Notes: generated from the letters alone by a model not told the origin. A stretch of 32,000 bases of DNA from an uncultured bacterium (GCA_963699255.1 OY969425.1:1110001-1142000), one strand, 5' to 3'; shown: positions 17,861-28,036, numbered from the stretch's first letter. Numbers and translations are program-made.

Positions 17861-17889
17861 ATTATAACAGATTTTTCTTTACATAACAA
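17861..17889 (-). promoter_or_regulatory. Sigma70-like promoter for gmk
   Basis: Minus strand TTGTTA (17884-17889), 17-nt spacer, TATAAT (17861-17866). Start codon GTG at 17851. Confidence 0.5.
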
Positions 17890-17942
17890 CTGCCGCATGA
17901 TAGGATTTAGCCCAGTAATTATTAATATGGGGAGGAAAATTT

Positions 17943-19022
17943 ATGAAAAAATCACTGTTTTTGGCATTCGTTCTTGTGTCAATGCTGGGCGCAAGCTGCT
18001 TCGCCGTCGGCGCTGGAGTGGGCATCAGGTCCATGGGAATGGGTGGAACGGGTATAGCGACAGCGACCGACATAACGGCGGCGTATTTTAACCCTGCGGG
18101 ACTGATGAACGGGCCGGAGAACTTTGAATTCCAGACTTACGCCGGAGGCACCGGAGGACAGATACAGGCGCTTGCCGATGCAGCCGCGGATCCCGATTAT
18201 CTTGAAAAGCACTTCGATGAAGACCTGAACATCAGTGCGAACATGAATGCGGACCTGGGCGTATCCGTAAAGAAGGTCGGGATCTCGGTCATAGCTCAGG
18301 CCGCGGGCGATTTCGTCCACCCCAAAAACTCCATCTCAAGCGGTTCGATATCCGCTCAGGGCCTCGTGATGACGCCTCTTACTCTCGGTTCAACTTTTTC
18401 TACCCCCGGACTTCCCGTCGCCAGCATGTCCGTCGGCGTGAACCTTAAGCCGATCCAGGTCATAGGCGGAGGAGTTGCAATAACAGGTGTTGGAACCGGC
18501 AAAAGGACATCCGCATCGGGTTCAGGTTTTGGCTTCGATATAGGCATGCAGACAAAGATAACCCCGTTCGTCACACTTGGAGCGGTGGTGCGAAACCTTT
18601 CGGCTTCATATACTACAACGACAAAAACCCAGGGGGTAACGGTCGCCCCGGACGGCACTATCACCGATGTTGGAGCAGAGACCTCGGCAAAAACCACGGA
18701 TACCCTGGCTCCCGAAACGGGGATCGGGGTCGGCGTCTCGATACCATTAATAGGGACATTACTTGCGGCAGACGCGGAAAATTACAGCGTGCCGGGGGAT
18801 AAATCATATGACGACTTCCATCTCGGCGTTGAGCAGGGCATGCTGGCCAATCTCTTGATGCTAAGGATAGGTTATTATACGGACGGGCCGGCGGAAGATA
18901 GCTTTTATACGTACGGCATCGGTTTGAACCTTGGACCGGCGACCATCGGCATAGCCGCGGCTAACAGTTCAAAAGACTCGGTGAACAGCGTTTCATCGGC
19001 GCAGCTTGGAGTCGCGTTCTAG
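17943..19022 (+). CDS. Outer-membrane beta-barrel-like protein (PorV/FadL/UPF0164-like)
   Basis: Signal peptide 'MKKSLFLAFVLVSMLGASCFA', then 'GVGIRSMGMGGTGIATATDITAAYFNPAGL'. Alternating strands and C-terminal aromatic 'SSAQLGVAF'. SD ggggagg. Confidence 0.8.
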   Translation: MKKSLFLAFVLVSMLGASCFAVGAGVGIRSMGMGGTGIATATDITAAYFNPAGLMNGPENFEFQTYAGGTGGQIQALADAAADPDYLEKHFDEDLNISANMNADLGVSVKKVGISVIAQAAGDFVHPKNSISSGSISAQGLVMTPLTLGSTFSTPGLPVASMSVGVNLKPIQVIGGGVAITGVGTGKRTSASGSGFGFDIGMQTKITPFVTLGAVVRNLSASYTTTTKTQGVTVAPDGTITDVGAETSAKTTDTLAPETGIGVGVSIPLIGTLLAADAENYSVPGDKSYDDFHLGVEQGMLANLLMLRIGYYTDGPAEDSFYTYGIGLNLGPATIGIAAANSSKDSVNSVSSAQLGVAF

Positions 19023-19041
19023 GACCTGAACATCAGGAAAT

Positions 19042-19195
19042 TTGGGATAATGGAATAGAGGAATACGGTTTGGGGATCCAGGAATAAGGGAAGATGGAAA
19101 CCAGACCAATCTGTCACATTAATGCTTTGTGTGTTTTCCTTAATCCCTCTTCCCTGCTTTCCCAAACTGTATCCCTTTATCCCCGATTCCCCATA
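19042..19195. repeat. Long imperfect inverted repeat in the intergenic region
   Basis: Left arm core 'TACGGTTTGGGGATCCAGGAATAAGGGAAGATGGAAAC' matches the reverse complement of the right arm 'TACAGTTTGGGAAAGCAGGGAAGAGGGATTAAGGAAAAC', with weaker outer pairing. Confidence 0.6.
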
Positions 19196-19205
19196 TACCC
19201 CCCGT

Positions 19206-19234
19206 TTGAATTGGCATAGCTTCTAGGCTATAAT
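19206..19234 (+). promoter_or_regulatory. Sigma70-like promoter, possibly giving a leaderless transcript
   Basis: TTGAAT (19206-19211), 17-nt spacer, perfect TATAAT (19229-19234). GTG start at 19241, 6 nt after the -10. Confidence 0.6.
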
Positions 19235-19240
19235 CAGCGT

Positions 19241-19624
19241 GTGCTGACCTTTTATCAAAAGATGATCATAGCCGTGGTAATTGCCACTTTTGCAGGCGAT
19301 CCTCTCATTTTTTACCTTAGAAGAACGCTTGTCAATCCGCACGTAAGCTTTGATATCGACATATCCGGTATGATCGAACGGGCCGCATTGATACTTGTGA
19401 TCGTTCTGGGCGGCAATTATGTCGTCCTTATTCCGTTCATTGTGCTTGTAAGGGCCCTATCCCTTATGGGAGAAGGCAATTTTAAGAAATTTTCCAATAT
19501 CATTAAAAGGGAGGAGCCTGCTATCCAATTCCAAAAAATAAGGCTAAAAAGCGAACTTGCGGTGACGCTGCTTGCCAGTCCCACCCTTGGAATATTATCC
19601 GGGATAATCGCAACGCTCGTTTAA
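19241..19624 (+). CDS. Small membrane protein of unknown function (127 aa)
   Basis: Three hydrophobic segments. Ends 5 nt before the next ATG (19630), suggesting coupling with the TamB-like gene. Confidence 0.65.
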   Translation: MLTFYQKMIIAVVIATFAGDPLIFYLRRTLVNPHVSFDIDISGMIERAALILVIVLGGNYVVLIPFIVLVRALSLMGEGNFKKFSNIIKREEPAIQFQKIRLKSELAVTLLASPTLGILSGIIATLV

Positions 19625-19629
19625 GTCAT

Positions 19630-22600
19630 ATGAAAAAGTTCATATTTTTATTTTTGCTTGTGATCTTTGCGTCCGGCTGGTCCCCGATAGATACGATCCC
19701 CGCCCTCAAAAATCTGAAGACGGACATAACAGCACAGCTGAACGAGATCTTCGACAGGGAATATCTCCGTTGAAAGCGTCTCGGGCAGCCTTATAAACCA
19801 AATAGAGCTGAACAATGTGGCCGTTGCAAAAGGTAAAAAACTGTCCGAAGGCTCGATAATAAAGGCGAAAAAAATAGTCATCAGCTACAATCCCTTTAAA
19901 CTGGCCGCCAGCAGAGGGAATATTATCGCCGCCATTTCACAGATCGAGATCATTGAACCGGAGATATTTGTGGAGCGAAGCATCCATGACGAATGGAACA
20001 TGGCCGGCCTTATACCGAAGTCAAAGCCGCTTGAGGAAAAAGAGAAGCCAAAGCCTCTGATGTTCTCGGGAAAAGTGATGATCAAAGGGGGTTACGGCCT
20101 TTACGTGGACCATATGGGCTGGGGCGAAGACCTTAAAGGCAAAGCGTTCACCACAAAAATAAAGGACTTTAACGGAGAGGTTAAGCTCTCAGGAAATAAG
20201 ATCGAACTTTCTGTCACGGCAACTTCGGTAATAGACTCCTCCGTCGCTTTTACGAATACCACGGGTAATTTGAACGTGAAAACAGGCAAATACCGTTTTG
20301 TCGTCATCGCAAAGAACGTTGATCTGGAAAAATGGGGATATTACACATTGAACATCCCTCATTTTAAGCCGATCTCAGGAAGATCCGACATGAAAATGAC
20401 GATGACGAATCCTCCACCCAGAAAAAAAGGGTTGCCTATATTCTTTGACGGGCAGTTCTACATCAAAGACGGCAAGGCAAGGATCTTTGACCGCTCGTTC
20501 AGCGGCATGAACGGGTTCGTAAGCATCCACGATGAGGACGCGAGGTTCAGGAACCTTACCGGATACAGGGACAGGGTCCCTGTTACGGCAAACGGAAGAT
20601 TGTATGATTTCTCCACCGCAAATTACGATCTGACCCTTGATATCCTGAAAACCGGTTCAAGGGAAATATGCCGCGCTTTTCCTGAACTGGCAGGCATCGA
20701 TTTTTCAGGAAAAGCTTCAGCGAATATTCACATAGGCGGAAATTACGGCCATCCGATCTTTAACGGTTATACGATAGCAAACGGGAAACTTTTGGGTCAA
20801 CAGTTAAGCGGCAGGCTCAACTTTTATTCGGAAGGACCCGTTCTTCAGATCAGTTCCGATAACATCTCGGCATATGGAGGGAGATTATACGCGAAAAGCA
20901 TTTTTGATTTCACGCCGACCATACCATTTTTTGATGTCAGCATTTCCGGCGAAAGCTTGGCTCCGGGAAAAGCCCTGCCGATAATCCCCGGACAGAAAGA
21001 AGCGAACCTGCAGGCCAGCATAAAGGGGTCGATGCAAAAGTTCGCGATCAAAAGCGATCTCGCTTTCTCCGGCGGCGGTGCTATATCAGGTTTCGGAACA
21101 GTTGAAGCGGATCATCTTGATCTGCTGCTTTCGTGCACAGACCTGAAGATCTCCTATGATCAGCTCCATGGAAAACTGAACAGCTTCACCGGGAAGCTGT
21201 CCGGCGACCTTCGCGACCCTGAGAAAGACCTGTCACTTGAAGGAGAACTATCCATTGGCGATTCAATGATAGGGGTGCAGCCGATATCGGAAGCAAGCGC
21301 CGCATTTATATATAAAAATAATCAAGTGGATATATCGTCTCTCACGTTATGGTCGGGCAATTCCCGCTTCTCCGTAACAGGGAAAACGGGACTGAACTGC
21401 AAAACCGATCTGATAATTGAAGCGAGCAGCGCGGAAGCCTCCGATCTTAAGATATTGGATGCACTTTTGCCGAAAGAGCTGACGCCTGTTTCAGGAAAGC
21501 TTGATATTTCCCTGTCCGCAAGCGGGGAAATAACGAACATTAAAAAGATCGATCTTTCCACTTTTTCCGTTTCAGGGAGCTGCCATCTAAGAGGCGGCTC
21601 GATCTCCTATGAAAACCTGAAAGAAGCGAAGCTGAACATGAACTGGGAAAATTCCTGCCTCACCTTAAGGGATTCCCGAATAAGAACGAATGCGTCGGAC
21701 ATACTTTTGAACGGTTCAATTGAAGCCGGCGGAAAGATCGACCTGAACATATCGGGAACTCTTGAAATGGCAAACCTGAGGCCGCTGACCATTAAATACG
21801 GCAGGCTCTCCGGATCATCAAGGATCGCTTGCCATCTGGAAGGAAAAACCAGCGATCCCAGCGTTGACATCGATTTTGACAGCGACGATCTAAGGTACAA
21901 TGAAATAATAATCGACAGGGCATCGGGAAGGATCGTATACGACGGCAAGAATATTTTATTCGCGAAACCCCTGACCATAAACCAGGCGGATGACGAATAT
22001 ACGATATCAGGCAGCATCTCGATCGCGAAAAAGCCTGACCTGTCCCTGAGGCTTGATGTATTAAAAGGCGATCTACACACGGCCGTCGATCTAATAGATA
22101 AGGTGAACACCGAGATCGGCACAAAACAATTATTTGGCGTGTCAGAGAAGCGGAATACGATCGTCCTCAATCCAAGCGAGTTCCAGTTCCCGGGAAAAGG
22201 ATCCAAGCTGATATACAATAGCGAGGGGAATAAAACAACCCTTGAAGAGATGAAAATGGCTGAAAGCGAATCATCCACTTTTGGCAAAACAATGAAGGAA
22301 AAGGCCGGCAGGAACGCCAAAGGTAAATTTGCCGGGTTCGTGGAGATCAAGGGCGGCATAGACAATCTTTCGGGCGCGCTGGAGTTTAAGGTTTCCGGCG
22401 GGACATGGGAATCGTACACTTTTGACGAGATCGGCATTAAAACGGGCCTTGAAAACGGGACGTTCGAGGTTTCTTACGCGTATATCAAGAAAGGAGACGG
22501 GATCCTTGCCGCCCGCGGTTCATTTAATCCCCTCTCCTCCGCGTCCCTGGAGATCATAGCGGTCAATATGCCGATAGATTTTCTCTCTCTTTTCATAGGA

Positions 22601-24445
22601 AGGGGGAAGTCCTTTGACGGGAAATTCAACATGGCGGCTTTTCTGCACGGGCCCGTTGCATCGCTTGAGGGATACGCAAGTATCGAAGCGCAAAAAGTCA
22701 ACATCGGAGGCGTAAATCTTGACACCATTGTTTCAGACGCCGATTACAGCAACAACACGCTATATTTCAAAAAAATGGAACTTGTGACCGGCGACAAGAA
22801 AGCCGTCATCAGCGGTCGGCTCCCGCTCGACCAATCGGACATTTCTCTCGGCATAACAATGGAGGGTGAAAGTTTAGGACTTCTTACCCTGGCTTCTTCC
22901 GGCATTTCATGGATCAACGGAACAGGACAGGGTTTCGTGAAAATAACAGGAAGCTTGAGACATCCCAGGTTTAACGGGCACCTCAGTATAAGTGATGCCT
23001 CCGTCAATTTGAAACCTGTTGAATCGAACCTGCAATCAATAAATTCGGAAATAAAAATCAGCAATAACATGATCTCAACCGAAGGGTTTTCGGCAAAGTG
23101 GGTAGGCAAATGGACCCAGAACAACATCAACAAGGTCAAACTCTACGGGAGCCTGGATCTGAACAGCCTATTCTCCAAAGATAAATCCATGTATATTAAT
23201 TTAAGGGCAAATGACGGGGATTTCATTGTTGACCTGCCAAATTTATATAAAGGGGACCTGGAGATCAAGAACTTTTCATTGATCGGGCCGTTGTGGCTTG
23301 GATCGGATAATCCCAAAGCCCCGAAACTTTCAGGAACTTTCAACCTGAGCAACGGAGTAATAATACTTCCAGACATGAGCAAGAAGACAGATCTGCCTCC
23401 CCTGTCTCTCGACCTGACCTTTAACATACTGAAGAATTCCTATGTTTCGGCGGGAGACATAAATAACCTGCTAAGCACGGACCTGAGCAACCTGAACCTG
23501 AACCTTGAGCTGGAGGGACAGAACATCTCCATCACCGGCCTCCTGGATGCGCCAAAGCTACAGGGAAGGACGACTTTCAGTCGCGGCACTGTAAATATCC
23601 TTAACAGGGAGTTTTCCCTTATGTCGGAAGACAGGCAAAAGGAGATCTTCGGCTCCGATCTTGAAAAAGTCAGGCCGAATACGGCGGATTTCCAGGGCGG
23701 AAGTCTCCCGAACCTGACCCTCGCGGCGGAAATAAATGTGAAGTCGACTGAAAAGACAGCCGCGACCGCTCAATCAAAAAATCCCACATACGTCACAACA
23801 AATGTGCTCGTTATATCAAGGATAACGGGGATCCCGTTCTCCAAAGAAAAAGAAGAGGGTCTGAACCTCACATTCTTTTCTTTCATTGAAGACACCTCAA
23901 AGCAACCTTCGGAGTTTACTCCCACCACCTATACCGAGGAAGATATCAAGGTGCTGCTCTTGCCCGACTTCATAAAGAGCTCACTTGGGATCTCCGAAAA
24001 AGGCGTCGGTGAAGTTGACGCCAGCGATGTGCTTGCCGATTATTTGAACAGCAGATTGAATACGTACCTTCTCAGGAACGTTGAACGCAACCTTGCGAAA
24101 AGCCTTGAGCTGGAGAGTTTAACGCTTGAGTATAATTTTGGAAAAGACCTGAAGAACATGATGCCTACAACAAAAACCCCTATTGAGATAGGCCCGCAGG
24201 AAATGCCGGAAACGATGTACGGTATCGGGGCCGTAAAGAGCTTTTTTGGGAGGTTATATCTTGACGTAAACTACTCGCAGGCGGTTGAGGACCAGGCGAT
24301 CATCAATAAGGCTTTCTTGAATTATCAGATCACTTATAAGCTGAATCCGATCCTTTCTGTGGTGTATTACAGGGAGCCTTTCAATTTCATTGAACAAGAG
24401 AGCGATTACTACAAGGTAACGCTAAAAGCCGGTTATCAGCTGTGA
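19630..24445 (+). CDS. tamB: TamB/AsmA-like translocation and assembly module protein, frameshifted near 19757
   Basis: 19630-19773 gives MKKFIFLFLLVIFASGWSPIDTIPALKNLKTDITAQLNEIFDREYLR*. The other frame reads NISVESVSGSLINQIELNNVAVAKGKK..., continuing 1542 aa of repetitive beta-strand sequence and a C-terminal DUF490/TamB-like end ('EFTPTTYTEEDIKVLLLPDFIKSSLG...'). Confidence 0.82.
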
Positions 24446-24526
24446 ACAGAAACATCGCTGCATGGTTTATAGCCAGCTTGAGAAATAAGTTGAACTGCAA
24501 GTGTATAATAAGTAAACTATATGAGA

Positions 24527-24588
24527 GAGATGGGAGATGAGAGACGTGAGATGTGAAAAGACAGATCTCATCTCCCATCTCACATCTC
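24527..24588. repeat. GAGATG-rich palindromic element
   Basis: GAGATGGGAGATGAG (24527-24541) is a perfect 15-bp inverted match to CTCATCTCCCATCTC (24567-24581). A second pair is GAGATGTG (24548-24555) with CACATCTC (24581-24588). Confidence 0.75.
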
Positions 24589-26396
24589 GCATCTCATTTT
24601 TTGAAAGGGGTTCGTCCATTAAAAGATTTGCCGTTATATTAATATTTCTTGCGGCCTTATTGATAGTAAATAATGCCCTGCCCGCATTTGGCGTTATAAT
24701 CGGCTCCCCCGAAGCCCTGCCAAAAGTGGCCCGTCCGCAGCAAAAGATCGAAGTCGGACCTGTCGTTACCGCCATAGAAATAAGAGGGAACAAAACCATA
24801 GCGGAAAGCACGATCATGGATGCCGTTTTCAGCCGCATAGGAGATATCCTTATAGAGGAAAAAGTATCAAGTGATGTCAAAGCGATATATGCAATGGGTT
24901 ATTTTCAGGATGTTTTTGCTTCATTTGAGTCCTATGCCAAAGGAACAAGGATAATATTCAATACGATAGAAAATCCCGTTCTAAATGTGATATCCACTGA
25001 AGGTAATTCCGTATATACATCCGATAAGCTTGTATCTCTCATGAAAACCAGGGTCGGAGATATCCTGAACTTTAAGACCCTTCAAGAGGACATCCAGACG
25101 ATCAACGACTTCTATCACAAGAACGGCTACACTATCGCCAGGGTCGCCGATGTGTCCACTGACCCGAAAACCAGCACGCTTAAGATAAAGATCATTGAAG
25201 GGATAATTGAATCCATAGCACTTGACGGAAACCTTTCAACACGGGATGACGTTATTTTGAGGGAAATAGACACGAAGCCGGGCGATATTTTGAATGAAAA
25301 ATCGCTTTCAAAGGACCTGAGAAGGGTCTTTAACCTGGGCTTCTTCACCGAGCTTACCCCGAATTTTGAGCCGGGAAGTTCCCCGGAAAAAATAGTCCTT
25401 GTCCTCAAAATAAAGGAAGCAAAAACGAACACGCTCAACTTCGGCGGAGGATACGGAGAACAGGAAGGATGGTTCGGCTTCGTTGACACGAGCATGAATA
25501 ATCTGTTCGGTACGGGACATGGAACGATGGTCAAGGCGCAGTGGGGCTCCACTCTGACAACATATCAGTTCAAGTATTACTATCCATGGTTCATGACGGA
25601 CTATTTGGGGTCGAGGACATCCATGACTTACAGAGTATGGAACACGTCCGGCGCCGACATTTACGGCAATGAAGTTGAAGACGCCTTGAGAATAGGATGG
25701 GATATCGCGCTTACGAGGCCGTTCGCCGAATATTTCTCACATTCACTGACGTTCGGAAGCGAGACCGCGATACCTAACGAAGATTCCACTGTCACAAATG
25801 CCGTCACTTTTGAGCAATACTCGTCGGATTTCATCGGGTATTCTATCTCTTACGACACGAGGGACTTCTGGATGAACCCCACGGAAGGAATGTTCCATAC
25901 CATCTCCATCAGAAAAGGCTGGAAAGACACGGATAATGTGATAACCAATTATACGAAACTCGGTCTTGATATGAATGAATTCGTGAAACTCGGGATAAAC
26001 CAGGTTTTGGCTCTTCATGCCTCTACAGGGGTCGGATACGGCGATGTGCCTATCGGCGAACTTTACTGGTGCGGCGGCGCGAACACCGTAAGGGGTTATG
26101 CCCCGTCCGAAGCGGTGCTTGGCGCCAGAAAGCTCATATTCAATATCGAGTACAGGTATACTTTCAACGAGACGTTCCAGGGGGTTGCTTTTTATGACTT
26201 CGGCGACGCCTGGGGTGATGTCGTTAACGGCGAAGTCGACGGCGGCGCCCCTGATTTTTCCCAATTCATGAGCGGAAAAGGACTTGGCCTAAGGTTGAAC
26301 ACTCCAATGGGTCCCATAAGGCTTGACTACGGGATCGGCGATTCAAGGTCGTTCGGCGAAGGCATAGTGCATTTTTCAATTGGACAAGCTTTCTAA
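24537..26396 (+). CDS. BamA/TamA (Omp85) family outer membrane protein; true start probably near 24618
   Basis: POTRA-like segments ('VTAIEIRGNKTIAESTIMDAVFSRIGDIL', 'LNVISTEGNSVYTSDKLVSLMKTRVGDIL', 'IESIALDGNLSTRDDVILREIDTKPGDIL'). Barrel motifs 'YCGGANTVRGYAP'-type 'WCGGANTVRGY' and C-term 'MGPIRLDYG...GEGIVHFSIGQAF'. Confidence 0.93.
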   Translation: MRDVRCEKTDLISHLTSRISFFERGSSIKRFAVILIFLAALLIVNNALPAFGVIIGSPEALPKVARPQQKIEVGPVVTAIEIRGNKTIAESTIMDAVFSRIGDILIEEKVSSDVKAIYAMGYFQDVFASFESYAKGTRIIFNTIENPVLNVISTEGNSVYTSDKLVSLMKTRVGDILNFKTLQEDIQTINDFYHKNGYTIARVADVSTDPKTSTLKIKIIEGIIESIALDGNLSTRDDVILREIDTKPGDILNEKSLSKDLRRVFNLGFFTELTPNFEPGSSPEKIVLVLKIKEAKTNTLNFGGGYGEQEGWFGFVDTSMNNLFGTGHGTMVKAQWGSTLTTYQFKYYYPWFMTDYLGSRTSMTYRVWNTSGADIYGNEVEDALRIGWDIALTRPFAEYFSHSLTFGSETAIPNEDSTVTNAVTFEQYSSDFIGYSISYDTRDFWMNPTEGMFHTISIRKGWKDTDNVITNYTKLGLDMNEFVKLGINQVLALHASTGVGYGDVPIGELYWCGGANTVRGYAPSEAVLGARKLIFNIEYRYTFNETFQGVAFYDFGDAWGDVVNGEVDGGAPDFSQFMSGKGLGLRLNTPMGPIRLDYGIGDSRSFGEGIVHFSIGQAF

Positions 26397-26409
26397 ACCT
26401 TTCCCCCTA

Positions 26410-26434
26410 CCCCTCTCCTTAATAAGGAGAGGGG
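26410..26434. repeat. Perfect 11-bp hairpin CCCCTCTCCTT-AAT-AAGGAGAGGGG
   Basis: Direct reading. Lies between the BamA/TamA-like gene and rsmG, with no T-run after it. Confidence 0.8.
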
Positions 26435-26459
26435 AGCATAGTAAAGGCTAAAGTAGATT

Positions 26460-27128
26460 ATGATACCGATAAACCCTGGGGTGAGGAAGTTATACGATAT
26501 GAATTCAATAAGAGATAAATACATCAATGAGCTCGTCGAGTGGAACAAAAGGTTCAACCTCACAGGCCTGAAGACCGGGGATGAGATCCGGCTCAAGCTC
26601 TACGATGACTCATTGAACATCTCCAGGGCAGTTGATCTTTCCAAAAGAATTAAGGCGATCGACATCGGCTGCGGCGCGGGATTCCCGGGCATTCCGCTTA
26701 AGATAGAGAACCCTGACATTGAACTCACCCTCGTTGATTCTGTCGCAAAGAAAATAAGCTTTGTTGAACATGTGATAAAGGTCCTTGACCTGAAAGATAC
26801 CGAAGCGATATGCGGGCGGGCCGAGGATATTGCAAAAGACCGCCGGGAACAGTTCGACCTTGCGGTAGCCAGGGCTGTTGCAAAACTCAACACGCTCTGT
26901 GAATACTGCCTTCCTTTCGTAAGGATCGGCGGATCGTTCGTCGCTCAAAAAGGCCCCGACATTGAAGAAGAGCTTAAAGCCGCCGCATCGGCAATATCAA
27001 CTCTGGGCGGCCGCCTCAAGGAGAAGATCGGGGTTCCATCCGGCTGGCTTGTTGTCATTGAAAAGATCAGACCCACGCCTTCCGATTTTCCCAGAAGGGC
27101 CGGGCTCCCGTCCAAAAAACCGCTGTAG
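26460..27128 (+). CDS. rsmG: 16S rRNA (guanine527-N7)-methyltransferase; start more likely ATG at 26499
   Basis: 'YINELVEWNKRFNLTGLKT', 'AIDIGCGAGFPGIPLKI', 'AVARAVAKLNTLCEYCLPFV' and 'SDFPRRAGLPSKKPL'. Immediately upstream of parAB. Confidence 0.95.
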   Translation: MIPINPGVRKLYDMNSIRDKYINELVEWNKRFNLTGLKTGDEIRLKLYDDSLNISRAVDLSKRIKAIDIGCGAGFPGIPLKIENPDIELTLVDSVAKKISFVEHVIKVLDLKDTEAICGRAEDIAKDRREQFDLAVARAVAKLNTLCEYCLPFVRIGGSFVAQKGPDIEEELKAAASAISTLGGRLKEKIGVPSGWLVVIEKIRPTPSDFPRRAGLPSKKPL

Positions 27129-27133
27129 AATTA

Positions 27134-27240
27134 GGAACCTGCGACCTGCCTCGCGGCAAGGCGGGCTAAACGTCGCGGTTCCTGTTATATTAGTTGTTAT
27201 TACTGAATCATTTGGAGCCGAGGCGTTTAGCCTCAGGCTC
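27134..27240 (+). repeat. Dispersed intergenic double-hairpin repeat, copy C, with GC-rich insert in loop 1
   Basis: GGAACCTGCGAC (27134-27145) with GTCGCGGTTCC (27172-27182). Loop contains CTGCCTCGCGGCAAGGCGGG. Second hairpin GGAGCCGAGGC-GTTTA-GCCTCAGGCTC (27214-27240). Confidence 0.88.
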
Positions 27241-27271
27241 TTTTTCTAAAAATATGATATAATATACTGAA

Positions 27272-28036
27272 ATGTCCACTATTTTCGCCACCGTTAACCA
27301 GAAAGGCGGGGTTGGAAAAACCACTACTTCCGTCAATTTGGCGTCATATCTTGCCACCTTCGGCAAAAAAATACTTCTTATTGATTGCGATCCCCAGGGG
27401 AATGCATCATCAGGCCTGGGCATTGACAGGAATGAGGTCACAACATGCATGTACGACGTGATAATCAACGGCGCTGAACTCTCTAGCATCATTAAACCTA
27501 CGGTAATTTCCGGTCTAGATATCGCCCCCGCGACCCCTCGTCTCGCCGGCGCGGAAGTAGAACTCACCGAAATGGACCTTAGGGAATCGATATTAAAGAA
27601 CGCCTTAATGCCGGCCAGGGCGAAATATGATTATCTTATTATTGATTGCCCTCCTTCACTCTCGCTTTTAACCGTTAATGCGCTTACGGCATCCGACCAG
27701 GTGATAATACCGATCCAATGCGAGTACTACGCGCTGGAGGGCTTGAGCCAGCTTGTAAAAACGATAGAGCTGATAAAGAAAAGCTTGAATCCTGACTTGC
27801 GCATATGCGGGATTTTGCTTACAATGTACGACTCAAGGACGCTTTTATCAGAGCAAGTGGTGGAGGAAACAAGGCGGCATTTCGGCGGAAGGGTGTTTAA
27901 GACCATAATCCCAAGGAACGTGAGGCTGGCGGAATCTCCTTCTTTTGGGCAGCCGATAGTGTTCTATGATCCTTCTTCGAGCGGCGCAGTGGCGTATGAA
28001 AACCTGTCCAGGGAAATACTGGACGGGCACATTTAA
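27272..28036 (+). CDS. parA: Chromosome partitioning ATPase ParA/Soj
   Basis: 'MSTIFATVNQKGGVGKTTTSVNLASYLA', 'ILLIDCDPQGNASSGLG', 'YLIIDCPPSLSLLTVNAL' and 'VIIPIQCEYYALEGL'. Confidence 0.97.
   Translation: MSTIFATVNQKGGVGKTTTSVNLASYLATFGKKILLIDCDPQGNASSGLGIDRNEVTTCMYDVIINGAELSSIIKPTVISGLDIAPATPRLAGAEVELTEMDLRESILKNALMPARAKYDYLIIDCPPSLSLLTVNALTASDQVIIPIQCEYYALEGLSQLVKTIELIKKSLNPDLRICGILLTMYDSRTLLSEQVVEETRRHFGGRVFKTIIPRNVRLAESPSFGQPIVFYDPSSSGAVAYENLSREILDGHI

Noticed and set aside
19648-23773. Long antisense ORFs opposite the TamB-like gene (e.g. 21607..22437 on the minus strand)
   Set aside because: They are overlapped by a well-supported plus-strand CDS, have serine/leucine-rich antisense composition, and have no recognisable domain.
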